A DNA stretch of 63,614 nucleotides, counting the filler. It is 10 parts of 10 records of this genome, joined end to end, with 100 filler letters (N's around TTAATTAATTAA, not from the genome) between each part and the next. Parts side by side here need not be neighbours in the genome. Positions count along the whole stretch, not along the records: positions 34,896 to 40,070 come from SRR7504441_7908; positions 40,171 to 50,171 come from SRR7504441_7911; 8 more parts are not named here. One strand, 5' to 3'. This document shows positions 35,211-47,827 of this stretch, in pieces (positions within the stretch are counted from its first letter, which is position 1; the number at the start of each line of letters is the position of its first letter). Under the pieces are notes generated by a model that did no database searches, was not told where the DNA came from, and saw only the letters and a list, made by a program, of their open reading frames with translations. The translations under genes were made by a program, and so were the position numbers.

Positions 35211-37775
35211 TCATAAGGAGTATGTCAGCCGTATGACAGGAGCTCGTGCAAGCTTAAGAATTTGATCAAGCATGTTCTCTGGCCCACCCGCAGCCACAAC
35301 CCTTTGCAAGCCGTTAAGGTGCACGTGCTGCTCACCGTTCCGATCATCCGCGCTTCCAATCATCGGCTGCTCCGTGGTATCGCCATGACAAAACCTCTCG
35401 CAGGTTGCCTGTAGACGATCCAGAATGACCGCTATATCTGGACGAGAGCCATATGTATGTAACGTCACCAGCTGTGAAGCTGGCGCAGCACCATTACCAT
35501 GAACGTTGCCAGGACTTACTGCTCCAGCTGACATCTGGGAATGTGTTTCTACATCAGGTTGCTCCCCCTGTTGTTTATGAGAGTAGTAATTGTGAAGCCA
35601 TGAGGATGCGTACCCTCCCAGGTACGTAGAAGTCCCCACAGCTAAGAGACCAAGTGCCCCAACCAACACAGTAGGAGCCTTGGCATGATATGGCACTGCC
35701 ATCGGCCAGCTATAGAGAAGAAGCGACGAGCACAACATGTAACCAAAAAGAGACCCCAAGAGAATAACAGCCTCCTGTACAACGACAGAGGAAGATCTTG
35801 TGAGCATAGGTCTTGGCCCGGAGTCTAAATCGAATGGTGCTTCGGTCGCCACAGCCTGACCGGTGCCATCTACATGCAGTCTGAAAAGCCCTGAAGGAAG
35901 CTTGCTTTGAGGACTCAAACGAGGATTGTCGAGACGGTCCGAGCATGGGTCTCGACAGTTGTTTTCGTCCATTTTGCAGCGGTGTGTCACGTGTAGCTCG
36001 GTGGTCAGCCAGGGCCATTGTGTCGCGCCGCTCTCGTCCATGGGAAGCATTTCACTGTCCAGTATCTCTAGCATGCTATGGTGCCTCACAATACAAACTA
36101 GTGCTACATTGCAGCTCGAGTTGTTCCTGGTTTCGCCAGAAGCGGAAAGTGCATGTGCAATCTTTCTCAAAATGGCGCACACAGGCGCTAAACCAGAGCC
36201 AGCCCCGATCAGCAGTATCGGTGTTCCTGCCAATGCTTGCCAACACACATCTTGTACGCCTGCAGCAGCCGGCAATGGCCCCATCGTCTGCACAGCCTCG
36301 AAACAGTCTAATCCAGCACTTGTTCTCCGTGCAAGTTCATGTGTCCACCTTGCCTTCACAGAAATGTTGACAATCAGGTGGGAGGTACCAAAGGTGTTCC
36401 CTTGGTCTAGTGCCCCTGTGACAGTGAACGGATGCCAGTCCAGATGCCGACAGCCGCGCTCAAGGCTGGGCACACTAAGCCTCACAGTACTACCAAGGCA
36501 GTCACTGATGTCGCCTTTGCATCCAATGAGCCTTGAAATGGCACTGGCGGGGAACACTAGACTCACCATATCCAGCAACTCTGTTGTACCATGGCTGCGC
36601 ATTACTGCTACAACATCACACTTGATATTCCTGCGGAGGATCCTGTCAGCTATGTGGAGGATAAGAGCTGGTGCCATGAAACCGACAATCCCTGGCCAAT
36701 GGACACATGCGAATGCAAAGAAAACGAAATGTAGATGGTGGGCCTGAAAGAAAACGGCATAATTCGATCGGCGCACCCTCTCCAGCGAAGATATCCACAT
36801 GCCTAGGCCTGCAGTCCAGCTAATCAGCCCAGCTGTGTTCACAATGTTCCCACACAAGAAACCACAGTCGGCCCAATCTGTAAGCTCGTCATATAGATGA
36901 CTAGCAGAGGCAGATCCCCATGCCACCATGTAGCCAACGGAGTGGAAAGAAAGTAGGGACAGCATCATGTGTCCTAGTCCACGGTGATAAGCAATGTACT
37001 GTTCATGAGAGAGCCCAAATGCGCTGAAAAGCGAGCTGTAGTAAGAGAGCGGAATACCTAGCAATGACATCGGAACAAGCGCTGCAATCCCTGCATAGTA
37101 CGCGATCCACATAAGCGAGTCTTCCAGTACGCTGCGCCCCCTGTTCTGTGCGGGGTCCCATGAGCTATAATGCGCATCAACAAGTTCTACCACAACAGGT
37201 GAAAAGAACAGCAGCGACAAGACTGATACAGCGACATAGATAACGACGGAAGGCCAGATGGACTCATAGCTCTGACGGTGCCGCTGCCCACCGTAATGAT
37301 TCGAGACCCCGAACATGATTTGAGCCAATACCAAGCCGGACGGTGTACAGCAGTTGAGCACAGGCCACAGGTTACCCTCCTTGAGCAGATGAGCGTACAC
37401 CGGACTCACCGGCAGCACGAACCCACCCAGGGCAATCACCAGGCAGGCCACACCGGCGTACCAAGAGGAGCACTGCAGCAGCTTCCTCTTCCACACGTCG
37501 GAGCCGCCTGCAGACACCGGCTGGCTCTCCGCCACTCCGTCCCCACAGAGCGGGCCCTTCGCGCCCAGGCCCTCCGCGTCCAGCTCGGAGCGCGGCAGTA
37601 CCATGCGGGAAGACTGCTTTGCCTCCAGGTGCGCCCCCTGCTCAAGTGGCACGCCGACGTCGATGCCGGTCAGGACCACAGCTTCCGGGTCATCGGGCCG
37701 CTCCGCTGGGCCAGGCGAGGCCACAAGCTGGGCGTGCTCCGAAGCCTCCTCGCACGCAGGCGGCCGGGGGAGCAT
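35211..37775 (-). CDS. Ferric-chelate reductase (FRO/NOX-like flavocytochrome)
   Basis: 854-aa intronless ORF with heme His motifs YHRGLGH and HHLHF...VHW, FAD motif WHPFT and NADPH motif LIGAGSGLAP. Confidence 0.88.
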   Translation of the reverse strand: MLPRPPACEEASEHAQLVASPGPAERPDDPEAVVLTGIDVGVPLEQGAHLEAKQSSRMVLPRSELDAEGLGAKGPLCGDGVAESQPVSAGGSDVWKRKLLQCSSWYAGVACLVIALGGFVLPVSPVYAHLLKEGNLWPVLNCCTPSGLVLAQIMFGVSNHYGGQRHRQSYESIWPSVVIYVAVSVLSLLFFSPVVVELVDAHYSSWDPAQNRGRSVLEDSLMWIAYYAGIAALVPMSLLGIPLSYYSSLFSAFGLSHEQYIAYHRGLGHMMLSLLSFHSVGYMVAWGSASASHLYDELTDWADCGFLCGNIVNTAGLISWTAGLGMWISSLERVRRSNYAVFFQAHHLHFVFFAFACVHWPGIVGFMAPALILHIADRILRRNIKCDVVAVMRSHGTTELLDMVSLVFPASAISRLIGCKGDISDCLGSTVRLSVPSLERGCRHLDWHPFTVTGALDQGNTFGTSHLIVNISVKARWTHELARRTSAGLDCFEAVQTMGPLPAAAGVQDVCWQALAGTPILLIGAGSGLAPVCAILRKIAHALSASGETRNNSSCNVALVCIVRHHSMLEILDSEMLPMDESGATQWPWLTTELHVTHRCKMDENNCRDPCSDRLDNPRLSPQSKLPSGLFRLHVDGTGQAVATEAPFDLDSGPRPMLTRSSSVVVQEAVILLGSLFGYMLCSSLLLYSWPMAVPYHAKAPTVLVGALGLLAVGTSTYLGGYASSWLHNYYSHKQQGEQPDVETHSQMSAGAVSPGNVHGNGAAPASQLVTLHTYGSRPDIAVILDRLQATCERFCHGDTTEQPMIGSADDRNGEQHVHLNGLQRVVAAGGPENMLDQILKLARAPVIRLTYSL

Positions 37776-37946
37776 CGCTGGGCCGCACGCGGTGCCCGGA
37801 GCCTCCTTGACCGCGCGTCTCGCCGGGCCCGGCTGCTCCCTCTCTCGTCAGCACGTTGTCGTGCGCGACTGCCGTGCGAGTGACGCGGCAGCTGACGTGT
37901 GGCCTGCCCGCACAGGGGTGAGCGGGCTCCGATATAGAGACAAACG

Positions 37947-38701
37947 ATGGCGTCGGACGCAGAGTTCGGGCAGCGAGCGCCCAATTCGTCAGCCCATGTG
38001 CCTCTGAGCAGCGGCGCGGGCAGTTCGGCGGCCGGCCGGAGCCGGAGCGAGCCGTCTGTAGCCGGCTCCCGGGCGGCGCTGCAAGTCAACACCGAGGTCG
38101 AAGTGGAGCGGCACCGATTCCCGTTCTGTGTCGTGTAGCCCGCGCCTTCCAGGCAGTGGCCTGACTCGGGGCAGGTTCACGCCGCTGCCGATGCTCACCT
38201 GGTGCGTCCCTCCGATCGGGCACGTGGGGATCTGCACCAGCGAGGGTGTGATTCACGACTTTGGCGGGCCATACTACGTGGCTGAGGACAATGTGAGCCC
38301 TGCTCTGGGCGTGTGCCTGGGCTGAATGTGTGCGGCGGTAGATGACGTTCGGGTGGCCGACGCGGTACTGGCAATTGGATCCGAGGGATTGCGAGCAGCT
38401 GGTGCCCGGGGCGGAGAAAGACAGCGAGAACGGACTGCTGGCGTCGTATGATACTGCTGTGTTGGCCTCCAGCTCCGAGTACAAGAAGCGAGTGCACAAC
38501 TTGTGCTTTGACAATTGCCACAGCCATGTTGCGAGTGCATTGAACAGGATGCGGTACAATGGCAGGAGCGATTGGACAATGTTCAGTGTCGGCATCCATT
38601 TATTCTTGCACGGAAAATTCACCAATATCAGCGGTCTGCTCAAAACGTGTGGCCCGCTCATCGTCGCTTTGTTGCTCATTTACACTTGGTATTTACACTG
38701 A
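37947..38701 (+). CDS. TMEM222: TMEM222/RTE1-family protein
   Basis: [16 protein letters not shown]...IGHVGIC...[10 protein letters not shown]...[14 protein letters not shown]...[13 protein letters not shown], with two introns. Confidence 0.9.
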
Positions 38702-38885
38702 ATGTTTGACGCCACATCGCTGCAAAAAATTTGAATGCATGCTCAGCCCAAATACAGTCCGAAATTAGTTTACGATCATCACACACGAGGATGATACGGC
38801 TCGACCTATACGATAATTTGATAAAATCGAGTACCAAACCCCAAACAAGATAAGCAATTTTCTAAATGATCAGTCACGTTATATA

Positions 38886-40001
38886 TTAGTAATCCATGTC
38901 GTCGAACTCTGCCAAGGAGATCTCGACCTCAATAGGAGGAAGCTCTCGCGGCCGTTCCACTAAGCTGATCCGCTTAGGCTTCTCAAAGTCTAAACCCACT
39001 CCTCTGCTTACCGCACTCGGTCTAGAGAGGCTCGTGCTGAATTCTCGTTGGGCCCGCCACACATCCCTAGTCTCGCGCCTCTCACATGGAGCCAGTCGAG
39101 GCGTGAAACTCCCTCCAACCGAACCCAAATCGGCGTCCGGCCGGTGCACACGAGGGGTCAACCGCACGGCCGGCTCGTCTCTCACCTCGGGAGGACACCT
39201 TTGGGGCAGCCCGAGCTTGGCTGATCTGTGGTCTACTGGGTAGATCACCTGCCAGTGCTCGGACTCGGGCGGTGTGCGCCTTGTGACGGCCCAGTGGGTC
39301 TCATAGGCCTCGTAGCTCCGTGGAGTGAGTTCAGCGCTCGCTGCGCCTTCGGGATGGCGGCTTGACACGAGCTGAATGCTGTTGGCGTGCAGCAGCGCTG
39401 CCTTGTGCTGCTCCCTGCGCTCGGCCGACCTGTGCTGCGCGCCGGTGCTGAGCGCAGCGTCTAGAGAGGCTTCCACGTGCGCCCTGAGTTCCTGCTGGTA
39501 CCTGGCCTCAGCTTCTATCTCTCGCCTCCTGCATTCGTGCCAGTCGTCCGGTGCTGCGGCGGCCTGCGAGGGCAACCCACGGCGCCCGAGCACCGGATGC
39601 TCTGCGACCGGCATGGCAAACAACCTATTGGCCCGCTCGCTCACTATCCTAGCCACCTCCTCCGGTGCCAGGCGGCCGGGCAGCTCTGGCTTGCCCACCG
39701 GCCGCGCCGGGTGCTGCGTGGGCTCCGGCTGCTGGGAGACGGCGAAATGCGGGGCGTGCACCGACTGGTTGTCCACCGAGCACCGGGCGGGTTCAGCTGG
39801 ACGGGCTGCAGAGCCGAGCTGTCGGCCGTGCAGCTGGACAGTGGCAGCGCTGGGCCGCTCTGGTGTTGACGACCGAGGGCGCCGCATGGGGCGCGGGGTG
39901 CCAGACGCCATCGCCCTGGATTGCTGGACCATGAGGGTGCGATGGCGGTCGCTGGGGCAGCCGAGCCGCTGCCCTGGAGCTCCCCACGCCGACTGGTGCA
40001 T
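38886..40001 (-). CDS. Hypothetical protein
   Basis: About 370-codon open frame with a short coiled-coil stretch; no recognised domain. Confidence 0.55.
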   Translation of the reverse strand: MHQSAWGAPGQRLGCPSDRHRTLMVQQSRAMASGTPRPMRRPRSSTPERPSAATVQLHGRQLGSAARPAEPARCSVDNQSVHAPHFAVSQQPEPTQHPARPVGKPELPGRLAPEEVARIVSERANRLFAMPVAEHPVLGRRGLPSQAAAAPDDWHECRRREIEAEARYQQELRAHVEASLDAALSTGAQHRSAERREQHKAALLHANSIQLVSSRHPEGAASAELTPRSYEAYETHWAVTRRTPPESEHWQVIYPVDHRSAKLGLPQRCPPEVRDEPAVRLTPRVHRPDADLGSVGGSFTPRLAPCERRETRDVWRAQREFSTSLSRPSAVSRGVGLDFEKPKRISLVERPRELPPIEVEISLAEFDDMDY

Positions 40002-40471
40002 TCCAATCAAACGAAGCAGAGACAGTCAAGTCCGGTGATTTGGAGTGGATTGTGCTGCTCCTGAAATACTNNNNNNNNNNNNNNNNNNNNNNNNNNNNNN
40101 NNNNNNNNNNNNNNTTAATTAATTAANNNNNNNNNNNNNNNNNNNNNNNNNNNNNNNNNNNNNNNNNNNNGTTAGTCGCCTGCAGGCCATGATGAACCAT
40201 GATGAACATGAACACAGACCTGTGGAACCTTTGGCCTCATGTCTATTGTTCTCAGCACTACCCAAACTCGGATATATGGGTGCTAGGTTTCATAAGGCCT
40301 CATATACATACTGTACTTACTTCACACACCGTGATCACATCTTCGCCGCTTTCAATTCATTCAAGGCTCCGGCGTGCGTGGTACACGATCTAATCAACCT
40401 AGCATCGATATCACGAGCCTCATGCGCGTCTTAGTCGCAGGCTTGTTGCAGCCTCCTTGTCGAGCTTCAGG

Positions 40472-41450
40472 TCAAAAGATGCGAGCCCTCCCGGCGTAGC
40501 TGCCCAACAGTGAGTCCTCACACACCAGAATAAGTCACCCGTATTTGGAAGCATTCGCTCGAAACTTGGCAGTTTCGAGCTTTTGCTTGAGCACTGCGCT
40601 GTTGGGGTCGAGACTCAGGGCTTCTGAGAAGCACTGGACCGCCTGCTTGTTCTTCCGGAGACCCTCAAGAGCTTGGCCCTGCCTGACTAAGGTCCGTGTC
40701 CTGTCCTTTGACTTCTCAGGGAATAGACTGAGTGCATGTTTAGCATCAAGGAAGGCGCTCTGCACAGACCACAAGGATCACCGCAGCGGAGAGTCGAGAT
40801 AACCTCGAACTCTCGGAGCTGGTTGAGCGCGGCACTTCGCTTCGAGTAGTGCTGCGGATTAGTCGGATCGGTCTCTATTGCCTAAGCCTGCCCTCACAGC
40901 ACGCCTCAGCCCAGCCAGTGCCTCTGTGAAGAGCGTGACTGCCTCCTCGAATCTCCCTTGCTTTAGCGCTTGGTCGCCCCCTTTCAGCAGCACCTGCTCG
41001 TCACAATTTCTGAGCTGAGTGCAGCAGACGGCTGCGCCTGGTACTGCTCGCGAGCAGCCGCTGGGTTGTTGAGCACATCCCAGGAGGGCACCACCGTAGG
41101 CACACTGCTCCGTCGCCGAGGCCCGGTCGCCTTGGGCTTGTCCTGCGTCCCGAGGGCTGGGGCCTGTCGGGAAGCCTCTACATTGAGCAGCGCCCCCTGG
41201 CTGACTCCTTGGCACCGCCAGATGGACGTCGGCAGCGAACCCCGCCTGCGGCTGCTCCGACTCAGCCCCCTGCCGGCCGAGGCCGGGCACACCTCCTCCT
41301 GCCCAGGGGCGCGCCCGCCACCGCATTCACTGCAGCTTGGCCGGCGCTCCGAGTGCTGTTGCTCCGCGGGCCGGGCTCCGAGTGCACAGAGCCACTCGGC
41401 GACGGCTCCGACGGCCCAGCGTCAGCAGGCTCCTCGGGGGCTGCAGCCAT
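40472..41450 (-). CDS. TPR-repeat protein
   Basis: GDQALKQGRFEEAVTLFTEAIETDPTNPQHYSKRSAAL and LVRQGQALEGLRKNKQAVQCFSEALSLDPNS. Five introns, two with GC donors. Confidence 0.8.
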
Positions 41451-41566
41451 CGGGGCCCTGAGCCTCCCTCCCTGTGACCTGGGAGCCTCAGTTCAGTTGC
41501 CGTTGGGGAACCGGCAGGTGCTCCTGTGCACCAGGCGGCTGCACTCGGAGCGAGCCTCGGGCCAGC

Positions 41567-44500
41567 ATGGGTGAGGCCGACGAGCACCGATGCAAGTCAG
41601 CGGTGGGCTGGACCGGCCGCGGCCCGGGGAGCTGGCGCGGCAGGTGCTCAAGAGCCTGGGCAAGATCGCCGACAGCTGCCCGCGCCGGGCCAAGGAACTG
41701 AAGCAGAAGTGCCACGACTGCATCCAGGCGCACCCACCCCCCGGCGGACAGCCTGACCGGTGCTGCTGCCTGGGTACAGGATCTGAAAGAGTCGTTCGAC
41801 GCCCGCCGGTACTTGCCCACGCTGCTGCTGGCGTGCAAGTCTTTCGAAGTGAAGCCGATGCTCAGCGCGATCGACTGCCTGACCAAGCTGATGGCGCACA
41901 GCTACCAGACGGACAGCCGGACCCCGGGCGACCTGGACACCCCGATGGTCGACTCCGTGGTGGACATGCTCTGCGAGGCCATGAAGGCCGGGTGCGCGCC
42001 CCACACGACCCGCCCGACCGGCCGGCAGCTCCAAGGTGGTCGAGAACGACAGCGTCCAGCTCCAAGTGATCCGGGCGCTCCAGGTGCGGACCGGGCGGGA
42101 GCTGCTGACCTGCGGGGCAGGTGGCGGCCGCGTCCGAGCACTCAGAGGTGCACGACTCGCGGCTGCTGCTCGCAGTGCGCACCTGCTACCTGATCCACCT
42201 CACCAGCCGCAATTCAGTCAACCAGGCCACGGCCAAGGGCGCGCTCAACCAGGTGCTGGCCATGGTGTTTGATCGGATCGAGATCGAGGCAGCCGTGCTG
42301 GCCGCAGCCCAACCTGCGGCACCAGCCAGCGATGAGCCGTCCCAAGAGCAGCAGAATGGCTCACCGGAGGGGGCCGGCCCCGAGGCCGAGCAGACAGAGG
42401 TGCCCTCGCCCGGGTCGCTGGCCAGACTCGCCCGGATGGCCGCCTCGCCGGACGCGCCGATGATAGAAACTGTCGAGGCTGTCGAGCTCACTGAGACGGA
42501 GGATCCAGTCCCTAACGACGACGGGCCGATGGCCGACTTTGACAGCGTGACCGAGACCCCGGCGGCGGACCCACCCGCGGTCGGCCCGACTGGGCAAGAC
42601 AGGCTCGACCTGCTGCACAAGGATGCGTACGTGCTGTTCAGGGCGCTGTGCCGGCTGTCGACCAAGCCGCTGCCCGAGGGAGCCACACTCGAGAACCACT
42701 CGATGCGGTCCAAGATCCTGGCGCTCGAGCTGATCAAGTCGGTGATGGTCCGGAGCAGCAGCCGCAACTCGTTCACCTCGTCCGAGCGGTTCGTGTACGC
42801 GATGAAGCACTACTTGTGCAACTCACTCGCTCAGAACTCGGTCTCGCCCGTGCCGGCCATCTTCCGACTGTCCACCTCAATATTCGAGACCATGCTCGCC
42901 CACTTCAAGGAAGCGCTCAAGAACGAGATCGGGGTGTTCTTCTCGTCGATGCTGCTGCGGATCCTGGAGACAGACTCTAGCAACTTCACCCAGAAGTTGG
43001 TTGTGCTCCAGATGATGCACAGGCTGGCGCAGGAGCCGCAGCAGATCATCGAGCTCTTCCTCAACTACGACTGCGACCTGGACACCGACGACTTATTCGA
43101 CCGGCTGGTCAATCTGCTCTCGCGAGTGGCCCAGGGAGTGGCTCAGGCGGGCGACCACGCGCTGCTGCCCAACCAGAAGACCGTGCTGCAGAAGCAGGCG
43201 CTCGAGGCGCTGGTCTACATGATCGACTCGATGTCCAAGTGGGCCGAGCAGGTCCGAGCGCTGGAGACCGCCCCAGACCAATCTGGCGAGGCTGCTGAGG
43301 GCCCTGACGAGGATGACGATGATGAACAGGAGGATGTCACACTTTGCTTGTCGCCTTCACCAACTGTCAATGTGGACGAGCAGGAGGCCTCTTTCGACAC
43401 GCGTCGGCGCCGGAAGAAAGCGATCGACGAGGGCTTGTCCAAGTTCTCAGAGAACGGAAACGCAGGACTCAAGTACTTTGAGAAGGCCGGGCTGCTGTCA
43501 GAGTTCACACCAACAGCAGTCGCCGAATTCTTTCATTCGTTCGCTGGTCTGAACAAGTCCGTGATTGGGCAGTACATTGGGCGGTCCAAGGATTTCAACA
43601 AGAAGGTGCTGCACGAGTTCACCGACAGGTTCGAGTTCAAAGGGCGCCCATTTGATGCATCAATCCGCGAATTCCTGCAGGCATTCAGACTGCCAGGCGA
43701 AGCCGGTATGATTGACCCCATCATGGAGAAGTTTGCTGAGCGCTACTATCTGGATGCGCAGGACGGGCCTTTCGGAGATGTTTTCTCAACCCCTGATGCA
43801 GCGTACGTGCTTTCTTACTCTGTGATGATGCTGAACACTGACTTGCACCACCCTGACATCAAGGAGGAAAACCGCATGACTTTTCAGCAGTTCAAGACGA
43901 ACCTGCGTGGAGTGAACGGTGAGAAGGACCTCGACCCAGAGTTTCTGGCGAGTGTGTACAATTCAATTAAGGAGGATGAGATTAAGCTCAAGGATGACAA
44001 TGTCGAATGGTACAACTATGACGAGGGCAGCAACAATAAGCTCAAAGCTCTTGGCTGGCAACTGGAGTCGGAGAAAGTGCTTGCACAGATGCAGGACAAA
44101 CTTGGCGGAGCGAAAAAGAAGGCTGTTTTCTACACCTCGCGTCACCCAATCCACGTCCGTCCCATGTTTGAGCTGGCACGCTGGCCCATGCTGGCAGCTT
44201 TCTCACAACTGCTAGAGGCCCCACGCTCTGACCAAGCCACAGTAAATCTCTGTCTCAAGGGATTCGAGCATGCTGTGCATGTGGCCTGCATTTTTTACAT
44301 GGGGACTGAGCGGGATGCATTCATCTCGTCGCTGCACAAGTTCACCCAGCTTTCCACCTTGCGAGAGATGAGACCAAGGAGCATCGCAGCAATCAACACA
44401 CTGTTGCGTGTGGCGCTAAGAGAGGCCAACTCTCTGCAGTCGACGTGGCACCTGATATTGACTTGTACGTCGCAAATAGAAAGGCTGAGGCTGATGGGCC

Positions 44501-46954
44501 TTGGGGCCAGACAAGAGTCAGATTTCTTCGTAGAGGGCAAAAAGATGAGAGGAAGGAAACGGGCAGAGGAAGAAAAGGAGCAGACAGGGATGCTCTGTCC
44601 TGCAGATTCCAAGAAAGACGCCGTGCAGGTAGTGGATCAGGTGGACATGCAGGTGTTCCTGGCACTGTTTGAATGCTCAAAGCAGCTCTCTTCCACCGCA
44701 GTTGTGGACTTTGTGACCTGTCTCTGTCTAGTGGCTCTCGAGGAAATCCACCATATGGAGCCTCGAATTTTCTGCTCTGAAAAAGTGGTCGAGGTGGCCT
44801 ACTACAACATGGATCGGATCAGGATTGTCTGGTCTAAGATATGGCAGCAGATGTCGCAGCACTTCTACAAGGCAGGATGTCACCCCAACCTCCGAATTGC
44901 AATGTATGCTGTGGATTCGCTCCGGCAGCTTGCCATCAAATTCTTGGAAAAAGAGGAGCTTGTATCATACCAATTCCAGAAGGAGTTCCTCAACCCTTTT
45001 GTGCTGATCATTCAGAACAACTCGCTTCTGGACATTCACGAACTTGTGATTCGCTGCCTCACACAGATAGTCCAGGCCCGAGCCAAGCAGCTCCGGTCTG
45101 GGTGGGTGATCATCTTGCAGTGCTTTTCGCTAGCTGCAACAATCTCTTTCTCTAATATCTGCCAACTGGGCTTTGAGTTGGTCGAGGATCTCGTCACCAA
45201 GCCAGAATATCAGGCTGCTGCTGAACCCTTTGCTGAGTTCAGCTGGTGTCTAGCCACGTATGCGTGCAATCAGCAAAACACTGCCATCTCACTCACCGCG
45301 CTGGGGCATCTGTGTGCCATCGCGGATAAGGTGGCCAACGGAGAGATGGGGACAGCACAGGGCAGTGTAATTAAGTCATGGGAGTCGATCTTGCTTGCGT
45401 TGGTGCGTGTATGCTGGGATCCAAGGGGGCAGATCAGGGGGAAGGCTATTGACGCCTTCTTCTCGCTGATGCAAAACTATGGCAGCAGCTGGGATGAGCC
45501 TCTGTGGCAGCTTGTCTTCTCCCAAATGATGTTTGAGAATCTGTTTGGAGGAATCCTCGAAAACTCGCCAACATACGACTGCATGGATGGTGTGAGGTGC
45601 GATCGGAAGGATTGGCTGCAGACCAGCTGCGAGGGGGCGATGTGCGCTCTGGTGGACACGCTAATGATGCACAAGGAGCGGTTACAGGCCTTCTTTGAGC
45701 TAACGCTGCAATTTCTGGGGCAGCTTATAATGCAGGATGCGAGTGATTCCACGATCTCAGTGTCGGGGGTTGCAATTCGCACTTTGCGATACATCATGTC
45801 TATTGGGCTGATCACGGATCCAGCAGTGTGTGATCCTTACTTGCGCTGCATTCAGGGACTCTTTGCTGCGACAGCACCCAAACAATTTGTCGACAATGCT
45901 GTCGCTGCAGCTGCTCAGGCCGAGGCTGAGGAGAAACAAGAGAATGCTGACCAAGCTAAAGCAGAGGCGGAGGCCCAACCTGAGACTTCGGCTGAAGCGG
46001 ATGTAGAGGAGGGTGTACAAGAGGTAGAAGCAGAGGCAGAGGCTGCCGAGCAGCCTGCGGAGGCCGCTGCTGAGCAAGGTAGCCGTGCAAGGATCTTGCA
46101 AGGTGACTGAGATTGATGGCAGAGCCTGTGGACAGCACTCCAACAGCCGAACAGTTTAAGGAGTGGAAGACATTGTGCCAGGTTTCTTCGATTGCAGCCG
46201 AGCATTCACCACTGGGGCTGGCAGGTGCAGCTCATGCTGATAGATCTAGCGGAGGAACTTACTTCAAATACATCACTCAAGCTGAGCACAAGCCAATCGA
46301 TGACTCTAGCCGAGTGCTTTGATTCTGCTTTTGTATTTGCTCACGATTTCAACCGAAACCGCAGGTGCTGGCTCGGCCTGTCGTCTGCTTACTGTTATGC
46401 ACAGAGCCCGCACGAAGCTGTGGAATCGGGAGATGCTTGAAGGGGTGCCTGATCTGATCAATCAGGAAATCGTGGCCCTCCGCGGGCTGCTGGGCACCTT
46501 GCTCAGGTGCTAGTACAGCAGCTGACAGAGCTGAGCCGGGGCAGGTTATACAAGCTGGAGCAGGAGGACGACTCGGCAGTCGAGGCCTACTTGATGCGCA
46601 CAATCCGGGGCGTGCTTGACCAGTGAGCACTCTGGCTGGGCTCTGGCTGATTCGAGAATGCCAGATATGTAGAGAAGACTATCAAACCCACACTACTTCC
46701 AGAAGAGTCTGCGGAGTTCCATGCATTCACGCCTGTGGTAGTGCAAGTGCTACACGGCGTACAAGAATTTTCTGACGACCAGTTCCAAGGCCAGGTAATT
46801 GCATTCTCGCTGCTCCTTGCTCATCGTGGGGCAGGTGCCAGGCATGTACGTTCGGCTCGTGGACTTGATGGAAAGCACTCACATCGAAGTTCGCACTGCT
46901 CTGCGTCCGCTTTTCTTACGAATAGGGAATATGTTCGGAGTGGATGGTAGCTAA
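41567..46954 (+). CDS. BIG/Sec7-family large ARF guanine-nucleotide exchange factor
   Basis: DCB/HUS (KDAYVLFRALCRLS, LFLNYDCD), Sec7 (FRLPGEAG, AYVLSYSVMMLNTDLH) and HDS (YYNMDRIRIVWSKIW, DSLRQLAIKFLEKEEL). Confidence 0.95.
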
Positions 46955-47185
46955 CGAGAGGTGCACACATCAAAGCGATTAAATCACAAATGGCACAATT
47001 GTATGCGTACATGTACGAGTACGAGTTTCTAGATTCTTCGATGTTTTCTAGATTCTTTCTTCGCGTAAAATTGGCACGCGCAGCCGTGTGCAGTTGTGCT
47101 TCTTCAATGGAGTTCTCTCAGTTCTTGCGACTCTAACTGCCGAAAACGCCTCGAGAGCTCGGCCAGCTGCAGTGTTGCGCGGGGT

Positions 47186-47827
47186 ATGAGCTGGGCGGCT
47201 CGTGACGCCCTGCTGCGGCGGTTGCTGCACAATGTTCTGTACGGCTACTACCTGGCGGCCGGCATGACCCAGCGCCGCCGAGCTGGGCTGCCACTGCTCG
47301 GCCAGTCTGTCCAGCTCGGGGCTGCAGCCACCGGCACCGGCTCCCAGCAAACCAAGCAGGCCGCCCGGATCCAGCTCGAAAGGCTGGTGGCCCAGACGCA
47401 CCAGCGGGTGCACACGGCCGCCGGAGTACTCGCGGGCACCCTCGCCAGCGGCCAGCGGTGCGGGGGGCTGGAGCTAAATGCCAGCGGTGGGGCAGCGCGG
47501 CCAGGCTGTGGATGAATTTGGTCGAGGCGGTGGCCGATCGGGTGGCGCAGGGGGCTCCGGCAGACGCTAGGCCAGAGGTGGCGATGGCAGTGATGACCGC
47601 CGTGCTGCTGACCTCAATAGGGCCGCTATCGGTGCTCAGGTGCCGCTTGGCTGGCTGCAGCCCGAACCGGCTGCAGGTTCGGGTGGGGGCGCCTGCCGCA
47701 GCGACTCCGGCTAGGATTGCAGTACACAGCTATAGCGCTGGCCCTGCCTGGAATCGGGTGAGCCTTGCGCTCTTTCTAGCGGTTGCTGAGTTTGGCTAGG
47801 CGGGCCGTGGTGCGACCGAGACTATAG
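47186..47827 (+). CDS. Hypothetical (possibly membrane) protein
   Basis: MSWAARDALLRR... joined by three plausible GT-AG introns; no recognised family. Confidence 0.45.
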
